Shown piece after piece: positions 19,959-34,211 of a DNA stretch of 64,000 nt. Location: positions 1,728,001-1,792,000 of the forward strand of contig CBDCXV010000010.1 of the NCBI GenBank assembly GCA_965223905.1. The letters run 5' to 3'. The notes beneath the pieces were generated by a model, which saw only the letters and a list, made by a program, of their open reading frames with translations, was not told where the DNA came from and searched no databases. The position numbers and the translations under genes were made by a program. This DNA comes from Candidatus Latescibacterota bacterium (GTDB lineage Bacteria; Latescibacterota; UBA2968; UBA8231). Each line of letters starts with the position of its first letter. Within the stretch, counting starts at the first letter, position 1.

Positions 19959-21907
19959 TCAATAGGCGACGTGGATCACCCCGCTGCGCTCGGCCCGGCG
20001 CGAGTCGGCGTCCACCTGCACCCGGAACAGGTAGATGCCCGGAGGCAGCGGCCCGTCTGTCCCGCGGCCGTCCCAGACCCGTTCCCCGCGGCCGCTGGCC
20101 TCCAGGCCCTCGTACACCCGCCGCACCCGGCGGCCGCTGAGATCGTATACGTCCACCGTCACCGCCTGAGCGTCGGCCAGCTGCAGCAGCGTGTACTGGA
20201 AGGAGACCTCGTCGTTGACCCCGTCGCCGTTCGGTGTCACCACCGGACTGCTGGCGCCGACCTCCTGCAGCAGCGAGCCGGACAGCTCGATCCCCACCGA
20301 CAGGCTGTTGCTGTCGAGAGCGAAGGTCGCGTCCCCTTCGGCCACCGCCTGCCCCACCTCCCCCGGGCGGCCGGTGTCGGACACCACGCCGTCGAACACC
20401 GTCCCGAAGCGGAACACCCGCGCCCGGAAGAAGACCTCGACCACCTTGCCGCTGTCGGTGGTCTCCAGGCGGGGCAGCCGCAGGGCCACCCGCGGACCGG
20501 GAAAGGGGACGGAAGCATTCCCGCACGCCACCGGGTCGACGCTCCCGTCGACCCAGGCCTCGCAGGGAACGGGGTCTCCGTTGACCCGGACCGAATCCAC
20601 CCCGGTCAGCTCTCCCGGGGTGCTGAGATCGAAGCGGTCGAAACCGGACTCGGCCCCCTCCGAATCCGCGGTGAAGGCCGGCCTGAAGGCATACACGAAC
20701 CCGGTCTCCCTGCCCGCCACCGCCAGCGGCGGCGACACCTCGCCGACGACCTGCCGCGCCACCGGCGGCGAGGTCACCTCGAACTCCAGGTGCGTCATCT
20801 CCCCTCCGGAAAAACCGGAGTTCTCGAACCGGACCTGGAACTGCACGTACCGATTCGGCCCCGGAGAGGCGAAGTCCGCGGCGCTTCCGGCGGTGTACGG
20901 CGCCGACCAGTAGCTCCAGTTGTCGGCGTCGTGGCTCGTGCCCGCCTGCTCTGTCAACACTATCCCTTCGTACTCTTCCCGGGTCAGGAGCCGCCCCCTT
21001 TCGTCGCGGTAGCTGCGCTCCTCCCCGCGGCCGGTCAGGCGCCAGTAGCGGACCGGGTCGGCGTCGGCGCCGCTGCGGCTCCGGATCTCCACCGTGGCAC
21101 CCGGGTCCTTCCTCTCCCGCCAGCGGACATCGCCGAGGCTCGACGCACCCCCCAGGTCGAGGATGCGCGAGGTGTACGAGGCGCCCGGCGCGAACCCCTC
21201 TCCGTAGACCTCGAGCTCGGCGATCTCCCAGGGCCGGATGGTTCTTTCCCGCCTGTGGGGATCGCCGATGACGACCATTACGGTGTGCGCAAGCCGGGTC
21301 GGAATCGTCACCGCCACACGGGGACTCCGGTTGTCCTCGGCCTCCGCCACAAGTACGTAGCTCCGCACGTTGCTCAGGGGACTGTTGAGAACGGAAGGAT
21401 CGCCGTCGAAGAGGTAGATCTTGAAGTCTTCCACGAAGCGGTCCTGGCCTTCGGGGGTCGGGTAGAACACCACCCGGTTGACCGGCAGGATTCCCCCCAG
21501 GTCGATCCCGATTAACGGGTGTTCCAGGACTTCCTTTATATCCGCTTCCTCGAACGCCGTGGTGGGGTCGCCGTCGACGACCCGCAGGTGGAAATCGTTC
21601 TCGGTTCTGACGTGCTTGGCCCCGAAAGGGGTGCCCCCAGCGACAGGACGTCCAGGGAAATGTTGCGGTCCGGATCCAGGAGGACGGGGGCCATCCGTCC
21701 TTCCTCGAAATCGAGCGACCGGACCGAGCCGCCGTAGCCGGCGGCGGCCTCCTCCCAGGAGAGGTGGACGACGTCGATCCCCTGTTCGTCTGGAGGCGGA
21801 CCGCCGATGCGGAACAGGGTCAGCCCGTCTACCGACCCGGGGGCCAAGGCGCCGGTGCAGAGCGCCAGAAGCGCCGCGGGAAAGCGGTTGGCAGGCTTTT
21901 TCCCCAT
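19959..21907 (-). pseudogene. Secreted protein with C-terminal FlgD-Ig-like domain, split by one frameshift (pseudogene or sequencing error)
   Basis: The signal-peptide ORF (21536-21922) and the 504-aa ORF join into one frame if one G is added to the G5 run at 21634-21638 (...LGGTPFGAKHVRTENDFHLRVVDGDPTTAF...IDLGGILPVNRVVFYP). The C-terminus TPNGDGVND...VYDLSGRRVR...WDGR...PGIY is FlgD-Ig-like. Confidence 0.75.
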
Positions 21908-21933
21908 TGCGTGAGCAGCCATCGCAAAGGCCC

Positions 21934-22695
21934 TTACTCGTAGAGGTCGCTGGTATCCGCGGCCGCCAGGTCGACGAGGAAATCGGCGATCTCCGCGGTG
22001 AGCAGGGAAAAGCAGCGCTCCCCTTTTTCCGGGGTCGCGGCCTTGGGGTCGCCGACGCCGGTGTCGGCCGTTGCCTTTGTCCAGTCCCGCTGCGACCAGG
22101 CTCTGCCCTCGCGCAGCGCCCGGATCCTGAACTTCCGCTCGCGGCCGGATCCCGCCTGCGACAGCGGCAGCACCAGCTCGGGGGCGAGGAACTGCATCAG
22201 GCTGGTCTCCATCTCACCGGCGTGGTCCCCGACCTCGTCGAAGATCCCGGCGTCGACGAGCCGGAACCAGTCGGCGATGCAGAGGAAGGTTTCGCAGCGC
22301 CGCGACAGCTCGCGCACCATCTGGCGAAAATCGTTGCCGCCGTGGCCGTTGAGGATGACGAGCTTCGGGATCCCCTGGTGGTCGAGGACCTCGACGATGT
22401 CCTTCAGAATGGCCAGCTGCGTCGATGGGTTGAGGTTGATGTCGAGCCGGATGTCGAGCTGGCCTGTGTTTACACCGTAGGGAATCGCCGGCAGCACGAC
22501 GACCCCGGCTCCCCGCTCCCAGGCGAGTCGCGCCGCTTCCGCGGCGATCCGTTCCGATTCGATCACGTCGGTCGCGTAGGGGAGGTGGTAGTTGTGGGCC
22601 TCGGTCGCTCCCCAGGGCAGCACGGCGACCTCGTACTCCGTGCCCCGGACCGCTTTCCAGGTGGTTTCCGCGAGGATGTACGGGCGCCCGGACAT
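21934..22695 (-). CDS. Creatininase/creatinine amidohydrolase-family protein
   Basis: LPWGATEAHNYHLPYATD, NGHGGN, DHAGEMETS; the start overlaps the AKR stop (TGATG). Confidence 0.93.
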   Translation of the reverse strand: MSGRPYILAETTWKAVRGTEYEVAVLPWGATEAHNYHLPYATDVIESERIAAEAARLAWERGAGVVVLPAIPYGVNTGQLDIRLDINLNPSTQLAILKDIVEVLDHQGIPKLVILNGHGGNDFRQMVRELSRRCETFLCIADWFRLVDAGIFDEVGDHAGEMETSLMQFLAPELVLPLSQAGSGRERKFRIRALREGRAWSQRDWTKATADTGVGDPKAATPEKGERCFSLLTAEIADFLVDLAAADTSDLYE

Positions 22696-23573
22696 CACCC
22701 GGCCCCCGTTGCCGCGCCCCGGTCGAATGGGGGCATCTCCGCGGCCGCGGCCACCTCCTCGAGCTCGGCGATCTTTCCGGCGCCGCTGCAGGCAGTGCTG
22801 ACGCGGTCGTCCGCCAGGACCCAGCGGAAGGCGTTCTGCGGCAGAGCGCCCGGCTGCCGGCGCAGCTGCTCCAGCACCTTCGCGGCGCGGCGGCGCTCCT
22901 CCGGTTCGAGGCCGGCGAGCACCGCGTCCCTTCTCTCGCTGTACCCGAAGAGGCCGCCGGCGAGGATGGTGGCGACGACGATCCCCATGCCGGCCGCCGC
23001 GGCCGCGGGGATCACCGCTTCGGCGGCCAGCTGCGAGACCGGGTGGTAGTCGTGGTACACGAGCACGGTGTCGAACTCCCCGGTCGCCGCCAGCCGCGCC
23101 AGCAGCGGAATCGCCCGGCCGGTGATGCCGATAAAATCGCACATCCCCAGCTTCTGCGCGGCCCGCAGCCCCTCGAGGGTTCCCCCCGGTCCGGTTATGC
23201 GCTCCCAGCCGGCGAGGTTGACCTCGTGGATCTGCGCCGCGGCCAGGCGCTCGACCCCGAGCCGCCGGAGGCTGCGCTCCAGGCTGCGCAGGACCGCGCC
23301 TTCGCTGTAGTCGAAGTCCTCGGGATCGAAGCCGACCTTGGTCGCCACCTGCACCGGTTTGCCTGCCGCGGCCAGCGCCGGCCCGAGGAGCTCCTCGCTG
23401 TCGCCGTACAGGGGAGCGGTGTCGATGTAGTTCACCCCCAGCTCCTGGGCCCGCGCCACCAGCTCGGCGGCGTTCTGCCGGCGCCGCTCCGGGTCGGTGC
23501 CGCCGATGTAGGCTCCGCCGAGGCTGACCTCGCTCACCCGCAGTCCCGTTCTTCCCAGGGTTCTGTATTTCAT
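22695..23573 (-). CDS. Aldo/keto reductase
   Basis: MKYRTLGRTGLRVSEVSLG, IDTAPLYG, ATKVG, SLRRLG. Confidence 0.93.
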   Translation of the reverse strand: MKYRTLGRTGLRVSEVSLGGAYIGGTDPERRRQNAAELVARAQELGVNYIDTAPLYGDSEELLGPALAAAGKPVQVATKVGFDPEDFDYSEGAVLRSLERSLRRLGVERLAAAQIHEVNLAGWERITGPGGTLEGLRAAQKLGMCDFIGITGRAIPLLARLAATGEFDTVLVYHDYHPVSQLAAEAVIPAAAAAGMGIVVATILAGGLFGYSERRDAVLAGLEPEERRRAAKVLEQLRRQPGALPQNAFRWVLADDRVSTACSGAGKIAELEEVAAAAEMPPFDRGAATGAG

Positions 23574-23640
23574 TCCGGTATCCCTGTCCGGCTCCCTTTG
23601 GTTTCACCCCGTCCCGGGGCAGGGCGGATTCCGTGCCCGT

Positions 23641-24417
23641 TCACGGGGCTCGGCCGGCTTCGCCTGGCGCGCTCCTCCACCCGGATTGGTTCTCCATGTG
23701 GGCGTCGACGATGCCCGGCGTGCCGCTGCCCCAGACCGTGCGCCGCGGCCCGAACGCCTCGATCACCCTGGCGGTGAGCGGTCTGGCGCTCTCGAACAGG
23801 GGTGGATCCGTGGCGAAGTGGTCGAGCCCGGAAAGCTTCATGTACACCTGGTCGAAGCGGGCGAGATCGAGGACGTGGGCGTATTCGACGGCGCTGGTGG
23901 TGTGGGGCTCGCACAGGTGGTCGAGGAGCACGGTGCAGTCCGGGCCGCGGCGGACGGCGTCGGCCGCGGCTTTGGCGTAGATGCCGTTTATCAGCAGCTC
24001 GACGACGAGCCCGAGCTCGCTGGCTTCCCGCCACTGGCGCAGCACCCAGTCGTCGAAGCGCTCCACCAGGGCGGCCCCCCGGCCTCCCACCCCGTAGTGG
24101 CGCCAGGCGACTATGCACGGCTCTGCGGCCACCAGTTCCCGCATCGCCCTCGGGGCGCCGTCGTCGCCGCTGCGGAAAAGGCAGGTGCCGCGCAGCCTGT
24201 CCGGCTCGCGGCGCAGGCAGTCGAGGATCAGCCGGTGGTCGTCCCAGTACGTCGAGGCCTGCACGACGACGGCCCGGTCGATGCTCTCCTCCTCCATGCG
24301 GCGGAGGTACTGTCCCAGCGGATCCACTTCCAGCTCCGGCTGGTAAGGGGCGTCGCGGTGGAGGGGAAAGTGCTCCAGGTCGGCGCTGAACATGTGGGCG
24401 TTCCACTCGACGATCAT
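23641..24417 (-). CDS. Amidohydrolase family protein (Amidohydro_2); C-terminus possibly clipped
   Basis: N-terminal NAH, IDRAVVVQ, LLDHL, YMKLSG, AFGPRRTVWGS. Confidence 0.85.
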   Translation of the reverse strand: MIVEWNAHMFSADLEHFPLHRDAPYQPELEVDPLGQYLRRMEEESIDRAVVVQASTYWDDHRLILDCLRREPDRLRGTCLFRSGDDGAPRAMRELVAAEPCIVAWRHYGVGGRGAALVERFDDWVLRQWREASELGLVVELLINGIYAKAAADAVRRGPDCTVLLDHLCEPHTTSAVEYAHVLDLARFDQVYMKLSGLDHFATDPPLFESARPLTARVIEAFGPRRTVWGSGTPGIVDAHMENQSGWRSAPGEAGRAP

Positions 24418-24520
24418 GTTGTGAACAAGCGGATTTCATCCATATTCATCAAGCATCCCCCAGGGTTCGTGCAGACCTCCCCCGCCGGCCTCGTCCGGCC
24501 TTCGCACGGAGGATCGACCC

Positions 24521-25702
24521 ATGCAGTGGGCATCAGCCGTTTCCACCGAAACAGAAATCACCGCGGCCGTGGCCGAGCTCAAGCGCGAGCTGACCCGGCA
24601 GACCGGAAGCGCGACCGCCGACCTCGTCGCCGCCTTCGTCACCCCGCACTACGAGGACGACCTCGACAAGCTGCCGCAGCTGATCGCCGACAGCTTCGCG
24701 CCGAAGACCTTTATCGGCTGCACCGCCATCGGGGTAATCGGCGGCGGGCGCGAGCTCGAGGAGGTGCGCGGGCTGGCCCTCACCGCGGCGGTGCTGCCCG
24801 GGGTCGAGATCACCCCCTTCCATCTGCGCCCCGGAGACCTGCCCGACCTCGACAGCGGCCCCGACCGCTGGGTCGAAGCCCTCGGGGTCGACAGGGAACC
24901 CACCCCCCACTTCCTGATGCTCGTCGACCCGGCAGCCGCCGAGGGGTTCGATCCGCGGCCGCTGCTCATGGGGCTCGACTACGCCTATGCGGAAGCGACC
25001 AAGATCGGGGGCCTCGCTTCGAGCCTGGAGGGGAACCGCCTCTTTCTCGACGGCGAGGTGCATACAGGCGGCTGCATCGGCGCCGCACTCCAGGGAGCGA
25101 TCGCCGTCGACACGGTGGTCGCCCAGGGGTGCCGCGCCATCGGCGAACCGATGACGGTCACCGGCTCCAGCGGCTACTTCCTGTCGGAGCTTGACGGCCG
25201 CTCCGCGGTCGAGACGCTCATCGATCTCTACCACAGCCTCGGAGAGGAGGACCAGGAGCTTCTGCGGAGCGCCCTGCACGTCGGCATCGCCTCCACCGAG
25301 CTCAAGGGAGAGCTCGGCCAGGGGGACTACCTCATCCGCAACGTCCTGCAGCTCGACCACGAGAAGGGGGTCATAGCCGTCGGCGACCGGCTGCGCACCG
25401 GGCAGACGGTCCGCTTCCACCTGCGCGACAGCGCCGCGGCCCAGGAGGACCTCACCCTGATGCTCGAGCGCTACCGGCGCGAAAACCAGGAGGCGGCCCC
25501 GGACGGGGTCCTTCTGTTTTCCTGCAACGGCCGCGGCCAGGCCTTCTTCGGCGAGCCCCACCACGACTCGCGGCTTTTCTCCAGTGCCATCGGGGAGGTG
25601 CCCCTTGGCGGGTTCTTCTGCGGCGGCGAGATCGGCCAGGTCGGCGGCTCGACCTACCTGCACGGGTACACGAGCGCCTTCGCGATCTTCCGCAGCCCCT
25701 AA
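24521..25702 (+). CDS. FIST-domain signal transduction protein (stand-alone FIST_N + FIST_C)
   Basis: IGCTAIGVIG, IGGLAS, VAQGCRAIG, YLIRN, FSCNGRG, GFFCGGEIG...LHGYT. Confidence 0.93.
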   Translation: MQWASAVSTETEITAAVAELKRELTRQTGSATADLVAAFVTPHYEDDLDKLPQLIADSFAPKTFIGCTAIGVIGGGRELEEVRGLALTAAVLPGVEITPFHLRPGDLPDLDSGPDRWVEALGVDREPTPHFLMLVDPAAAEGFDPRPLLMGLDYAYAEATKIGGLASSLEGNRLFLDGEVHTGGCIGAALQGAIAVDTVVAQGCRAIGEPMTVTGSSGYFLSELDGRSAVETLIDLYHSLGEEDQELLRSALHVGIASTELKGELGQGDYLIRNVLQLDHEKGVIAVGDRLRTGQTVRFHLRDSAAAQEDLTLMLERYRRENQEAAPDGVLLFSCNGRGQAFFGEPHHDSRLFSSAIGEVPLGGFFCGGEIGQVGGSTYLHGYTSAFAIFRSP

Positions 25703-26262
25703 CCCGCGAACGAGGCGCGGTGCAGAAGGTCGTACTCCGCGCCGGCAGGTTTCAGGGTGCTGCGTATCAGCGCGACGTCCTTCACCGAAAAACGGCAGCG
25801 GGGAACCGATTCGATCCAGCCGCCCGAGGGCAGCCTCGCCGGCCGGCGCAGGCGGGCCAGCGTCAGGTGCGGCTGGAACGGCCTGCCCTCCCGCTTCCAG
25901 CCGAGACCGCGGACCGCGGCTTCGACCTGGTTCCCCAACCTTCGCAGCTTGCGGTCCGCATCGCCTATCCCGACCCACAGGACGCGGGCGCCCAGCGCGT
26001 CGGGATAGGCGCCGGCGGCTCCCAGCTCGACCTCGAATGAGGCGGAACCCGCGGCGATCTCGTCGAGCGCGAGGGAAAGGGGGGCGAGCTGTTCTTCCTG
26101 CGTATCCCCGAGAAAGCGCAGCGTGAGATGCAGGTTCTCCGGCCGCGTCCACCTGACGGAGGCGGCCCGGGGGAGCGACGCCGCGGCAGGGACGCCGGCG
26201 AGGGCGGTGCGCAGGCCGGCGGGCAGCTCTACGGCGACGAAGGTGCGGATGCTGCCGGACAC
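25699..26262 (-). CDS. thpR: RNA 2',3'-cyclic phosphodiesterase (2H phosphoesterase)
   Basis: RTFVAV, two HxT motifs (NLHLTLRFLG, PHLTLAR), and STLKPAGAEY. Confidence 0.93.
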   Translation of the reverse strand: MSGSIRTFVAVELPAGLRTALAGVPAAASLPRAASVRWTRPENLHLTLRFLGDTQEEQLAPLSLALDEIAAGSASFEVELGAAGAYPDALGARVLWVGIGDADRKLRRLGNQVEAAVRGLGWKREGRPFQPHLTLARLRRPARLPSGGWIESVPRCRFSVKDVALIRSTLKPAGAEYDLLHRASFAG

Positions 26263-26293
26263 GGGTGGGACCGGGGGTCAGGAACCGATTGAC

Positions 26294-26377
26294 CTATGAA
26301 CGGGGCGCGCGGCCGGTCCGAATCCGGAATTCGGGAGGCAGCTCTACCGCGACAAAGGTGCGGGTGCTGACGGACAT
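26294..26377 (-). repeat. Degenerate tandem duplicate of the thpR 5' end, forming a 27-aa mini-ORF
   Basis: MSVSTRTFVAVELPPEFRIRTGRAPRS* versus ThpR MSGSIRTFVAVELPAGLR; about 40 nt are nearly identical to 26222-26262. Confidence 0.8.
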
Positions 26378-26609
26378 AGGTGAACCGGCTGTCGGAGGCC
26401 GGTTGATCTGTGGGCGAGGGCCGCCACAGGCAGACACCGCGACTCTGGATGCGGCTCGGCGCAAAGGGGGGGCGGATTCGAGACATGGATGGAAGCGGCG
26501 GCGGGAAACCGTTCGATCTGCTTACATGCCGCCTTTTCGGAATCGGGACGGAAGTCGGCGACGGCTACTAAGCACGGCCGGACCCGGATCGATTGCACCG
26601 GCTCCCGTC

Positions 26610-27428
26610 TCAGCGCGCCCCGCACGCTTTCAGGCAGGCGTTCAGGTAGCCGCGGCTCTCCGCGGCGATCGCCGACACGTGCGCGAGGTCGTACTCCCCG
26701 GCGCCGATCACCTCGAGATTGACGGCGACGTCGATCGCGGACTCGTGCAGGACGCGGATGTACCCGAACAGGTCGATCCCGCCGCGGCCGCATGCCTGCT
26801 CCTCCGGAGGGCCGGGCGGGCCTCCGGTCCCCTTGAGATCCTCGCGGCAGTCGCGGATATGGACGTGGGCAACCCGCGATATCACCGCTTCCAGGGCTTC
26901 CACCGGGTTCTCGCCCGGAGCGGCGCGGTAGATGTGGCTGGGGTCCATGTCGACGCCGAACGAAGGCGAGGCTATCCGCCCCATCGCCCGCAGCGTCGTC
27001 GGGGTGTCGTGGATGCTCTGGCCGACGTGCGCCTTGGCGCAGAGGACGACGCCGTACTCGGCGGCCTTGTCCGCCATCTTCCGCAGCTGTCCGACCTGGC
27101 GCTCGAAATCCTCCTCGACGCCGCCCCTGCCCCCGGGGCCGACGTTGACCACCGGGATGCCGAGCTCGCGGCCGGCCTCGTACGCCTTGACCAGCCTCTC
27201 CTCGTCGAGTGAGGCGACCTCCATCGCCAGCAGCTCGAGCCCGTATCGCTGCGCCAGCTCCCGTATGACGGCGGTTTGCGCCCCGTAGTTGTCGAGGTCG
27301 AGGTGCTCGCACATCCCCCCGATAGCGGCCAGCTCGACGCCGTCGTACCCGGCGCGCGCGATCTGCTCCATTGCGGTCGCCAGGTCGAAGCCGGCGAAGA
27401 GGACGGTATTCGCTCCGAGTTTGATCAT
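26610..27428 (-). CDS. Sugar phosphate isomerase/epimerase (xylose-isomerase-like TIM barrel)
   Basis: AGYDGVEL, DMDPSH, HVHIRD, G-x-G-x-ID, NLE. Confidence 0.88.
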   Translation of the reverse strand: MIKLGANTVLFAGFDLATAMEQIARAGYDGVELAAIGGMCEHLDLDNYGAQTAVIRELAQRYGLELLAMEVASLDEERLVKAYEAGRELGIPVVNVGPGGRGGVEEDFERQVGQLRKMADKAAEYGVVLCAKAHVGQSIHDTPTTLRAMGRIASPSFGVDMDPSHIYRAAPGENPVEALEAVISRVAHVHIRDCREDLKGTGGPPGPPEEQACGRGGIDLFGYIRVLHESAIDVAVNLEVIGAGEYDLAHVSAIAAESRGYLNACLKACGAR

Positions 27429-27625
27429 CCGTTGTTTCCCTGCTCCGTTACGGGTTGAATGCGTGGGGGGAGGCGGCTGCCCCGGCGTCGGCAGATCCGG
27501 CCGCGGCGGCGAACCGGCAGCAGCCGCCCCGGAGTTGAAAGTTGTGCCATTTCAGCCCCGGAGCGCCAGCAGAAGGAGCGAGGTTCCCCTTCCAGTCGGC
27601 CCCGGGAACCACGGCCGTCCCCTTC

Positions 27626-27653
27626 TTGCACCCTCACACCCGTGTCGTAGTTT
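27626..27653 (+). promoter_or_regulatory. Putative uvrA promoter
   Basis: TTGCAC-16nt-TAGTTT, ~75 nt upstream of the ATG; same architecture as other promoters in the window. Confidence 0.45.
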
Positions 27654-27727
27654 CAGCGGTTCACCTTTTTTGAAGGCCGGCCCGCGTTCCGCGCTGATCC
27701 CCCCCCTCCGGCCGCCACCTTCGGCTC

Positions 27728-33409
<5,682 letters not shown>

Positions 33410-33446
33410 AGGGGGCCGGACACCTTCCTCCGCCTGGAGGGGCGAC

Positions 33447-34100
33447 TTGAACCTCGCAGTACCGAGGCGGGCGTTCTTCAGCTTTGCGGCCCCCTGCCGC
33501 TACCGCGAGGAAGCGCCTCGCGTCGACGGCGACCTCGGGGACTGGGGGGCCGGTTTCCGCCTGCCGGATCTGCTCGGCCTCGAGGGAGAGAAGCCGTTCG
33601 CCGATCTGCTGATGGCCTGGAACGACGACGGCCTCTACTTCGCGGTCCGCGTCGACGGCAAGAAGAGCTTCAGCATCGATCCGAAGAACTACTGGCAGGG
33701 GGACTGCCTCGAGCTCTGGATCGACACCCGCGACGTCAAGGACGCGCACACGGCCAACCGCTTCTGCCACCATTTCTTCTTCCTCCCCGGGGGCAGCGGC
33801 AGCGACGGCAGGAAGCCGATCGGCCGCCAGACCGCCATCGACAGGGCGCGCGAGCAGGCGCCCCCCTGCCCGGAGGAGGAAATCGCCGTGGGGCTGAAGA
33901 GGCTGAAGCGGAGTTACCGGATGGAGATCGCCCTCCCGGCCGCCGGCCTCAACGGGTTCGAGCCGCGCGAGTTCGACCGCCTCGGGTTCAACTACGTTCT
34001 CCACGACTGCGATCTCGGCACCCAGTCCTGGACCGTGGGCCGCAATCCCCCCCTCATCCACGACCCGGGCACCTGGGGAACGGTGCTGCTGGCCGAATAG
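33447..34100 (+). CDS. CBM9-like/DOMON sugar-binding domain protein
   Basis: PRVDGDLGDW, MAWNDDGLYFAVRV, WQGDCLELWIDT, YRMEIALP, PGTWGTVLL. Confidence 0.75.
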   Translation: MNLAVPRRAFFSFAAPCRYREEAPRVDGDLGDWGAGFRLPDLLGLEGEKPFADLLMAWNDDGLYFAVRVDGKKSFSIDPKNYWQGDCLELWIDTRDVKDAHTANRFCHHFFFLPGGSGSDGRKPIGRQTAIDRAREQAPPCPEEEIAVGLKRLKRSYRMEIALPAAGLNGFEPREFDRLGFNYVLHDCDLGTQSWTVGRNPPLIHDPGTWGTVLLAE

Positions 34101-34211
34101 CCACCGGCCCTGCCAGATGTTAGTTTCTACTGCCTCTCCCTCAGACCTGTTTCATCCCGCGGCGTCCTCCAGACCCCCTCTCGGCATTGCCGGTTATTTC
34201 GAGCTGATCAC

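Noticed and set aside
19681-19965. 94-aa plus-strand ORF in the SDR upstream region
   Set aside because: No RBS, atypical composition and no motif; cannot be supported.
27535-27552. TGGCAC on the minus strand upstream of the sugar isomerase as a sigma54 promoter
   Set aside because: The -12 TTGC element is missing at the required spacing.
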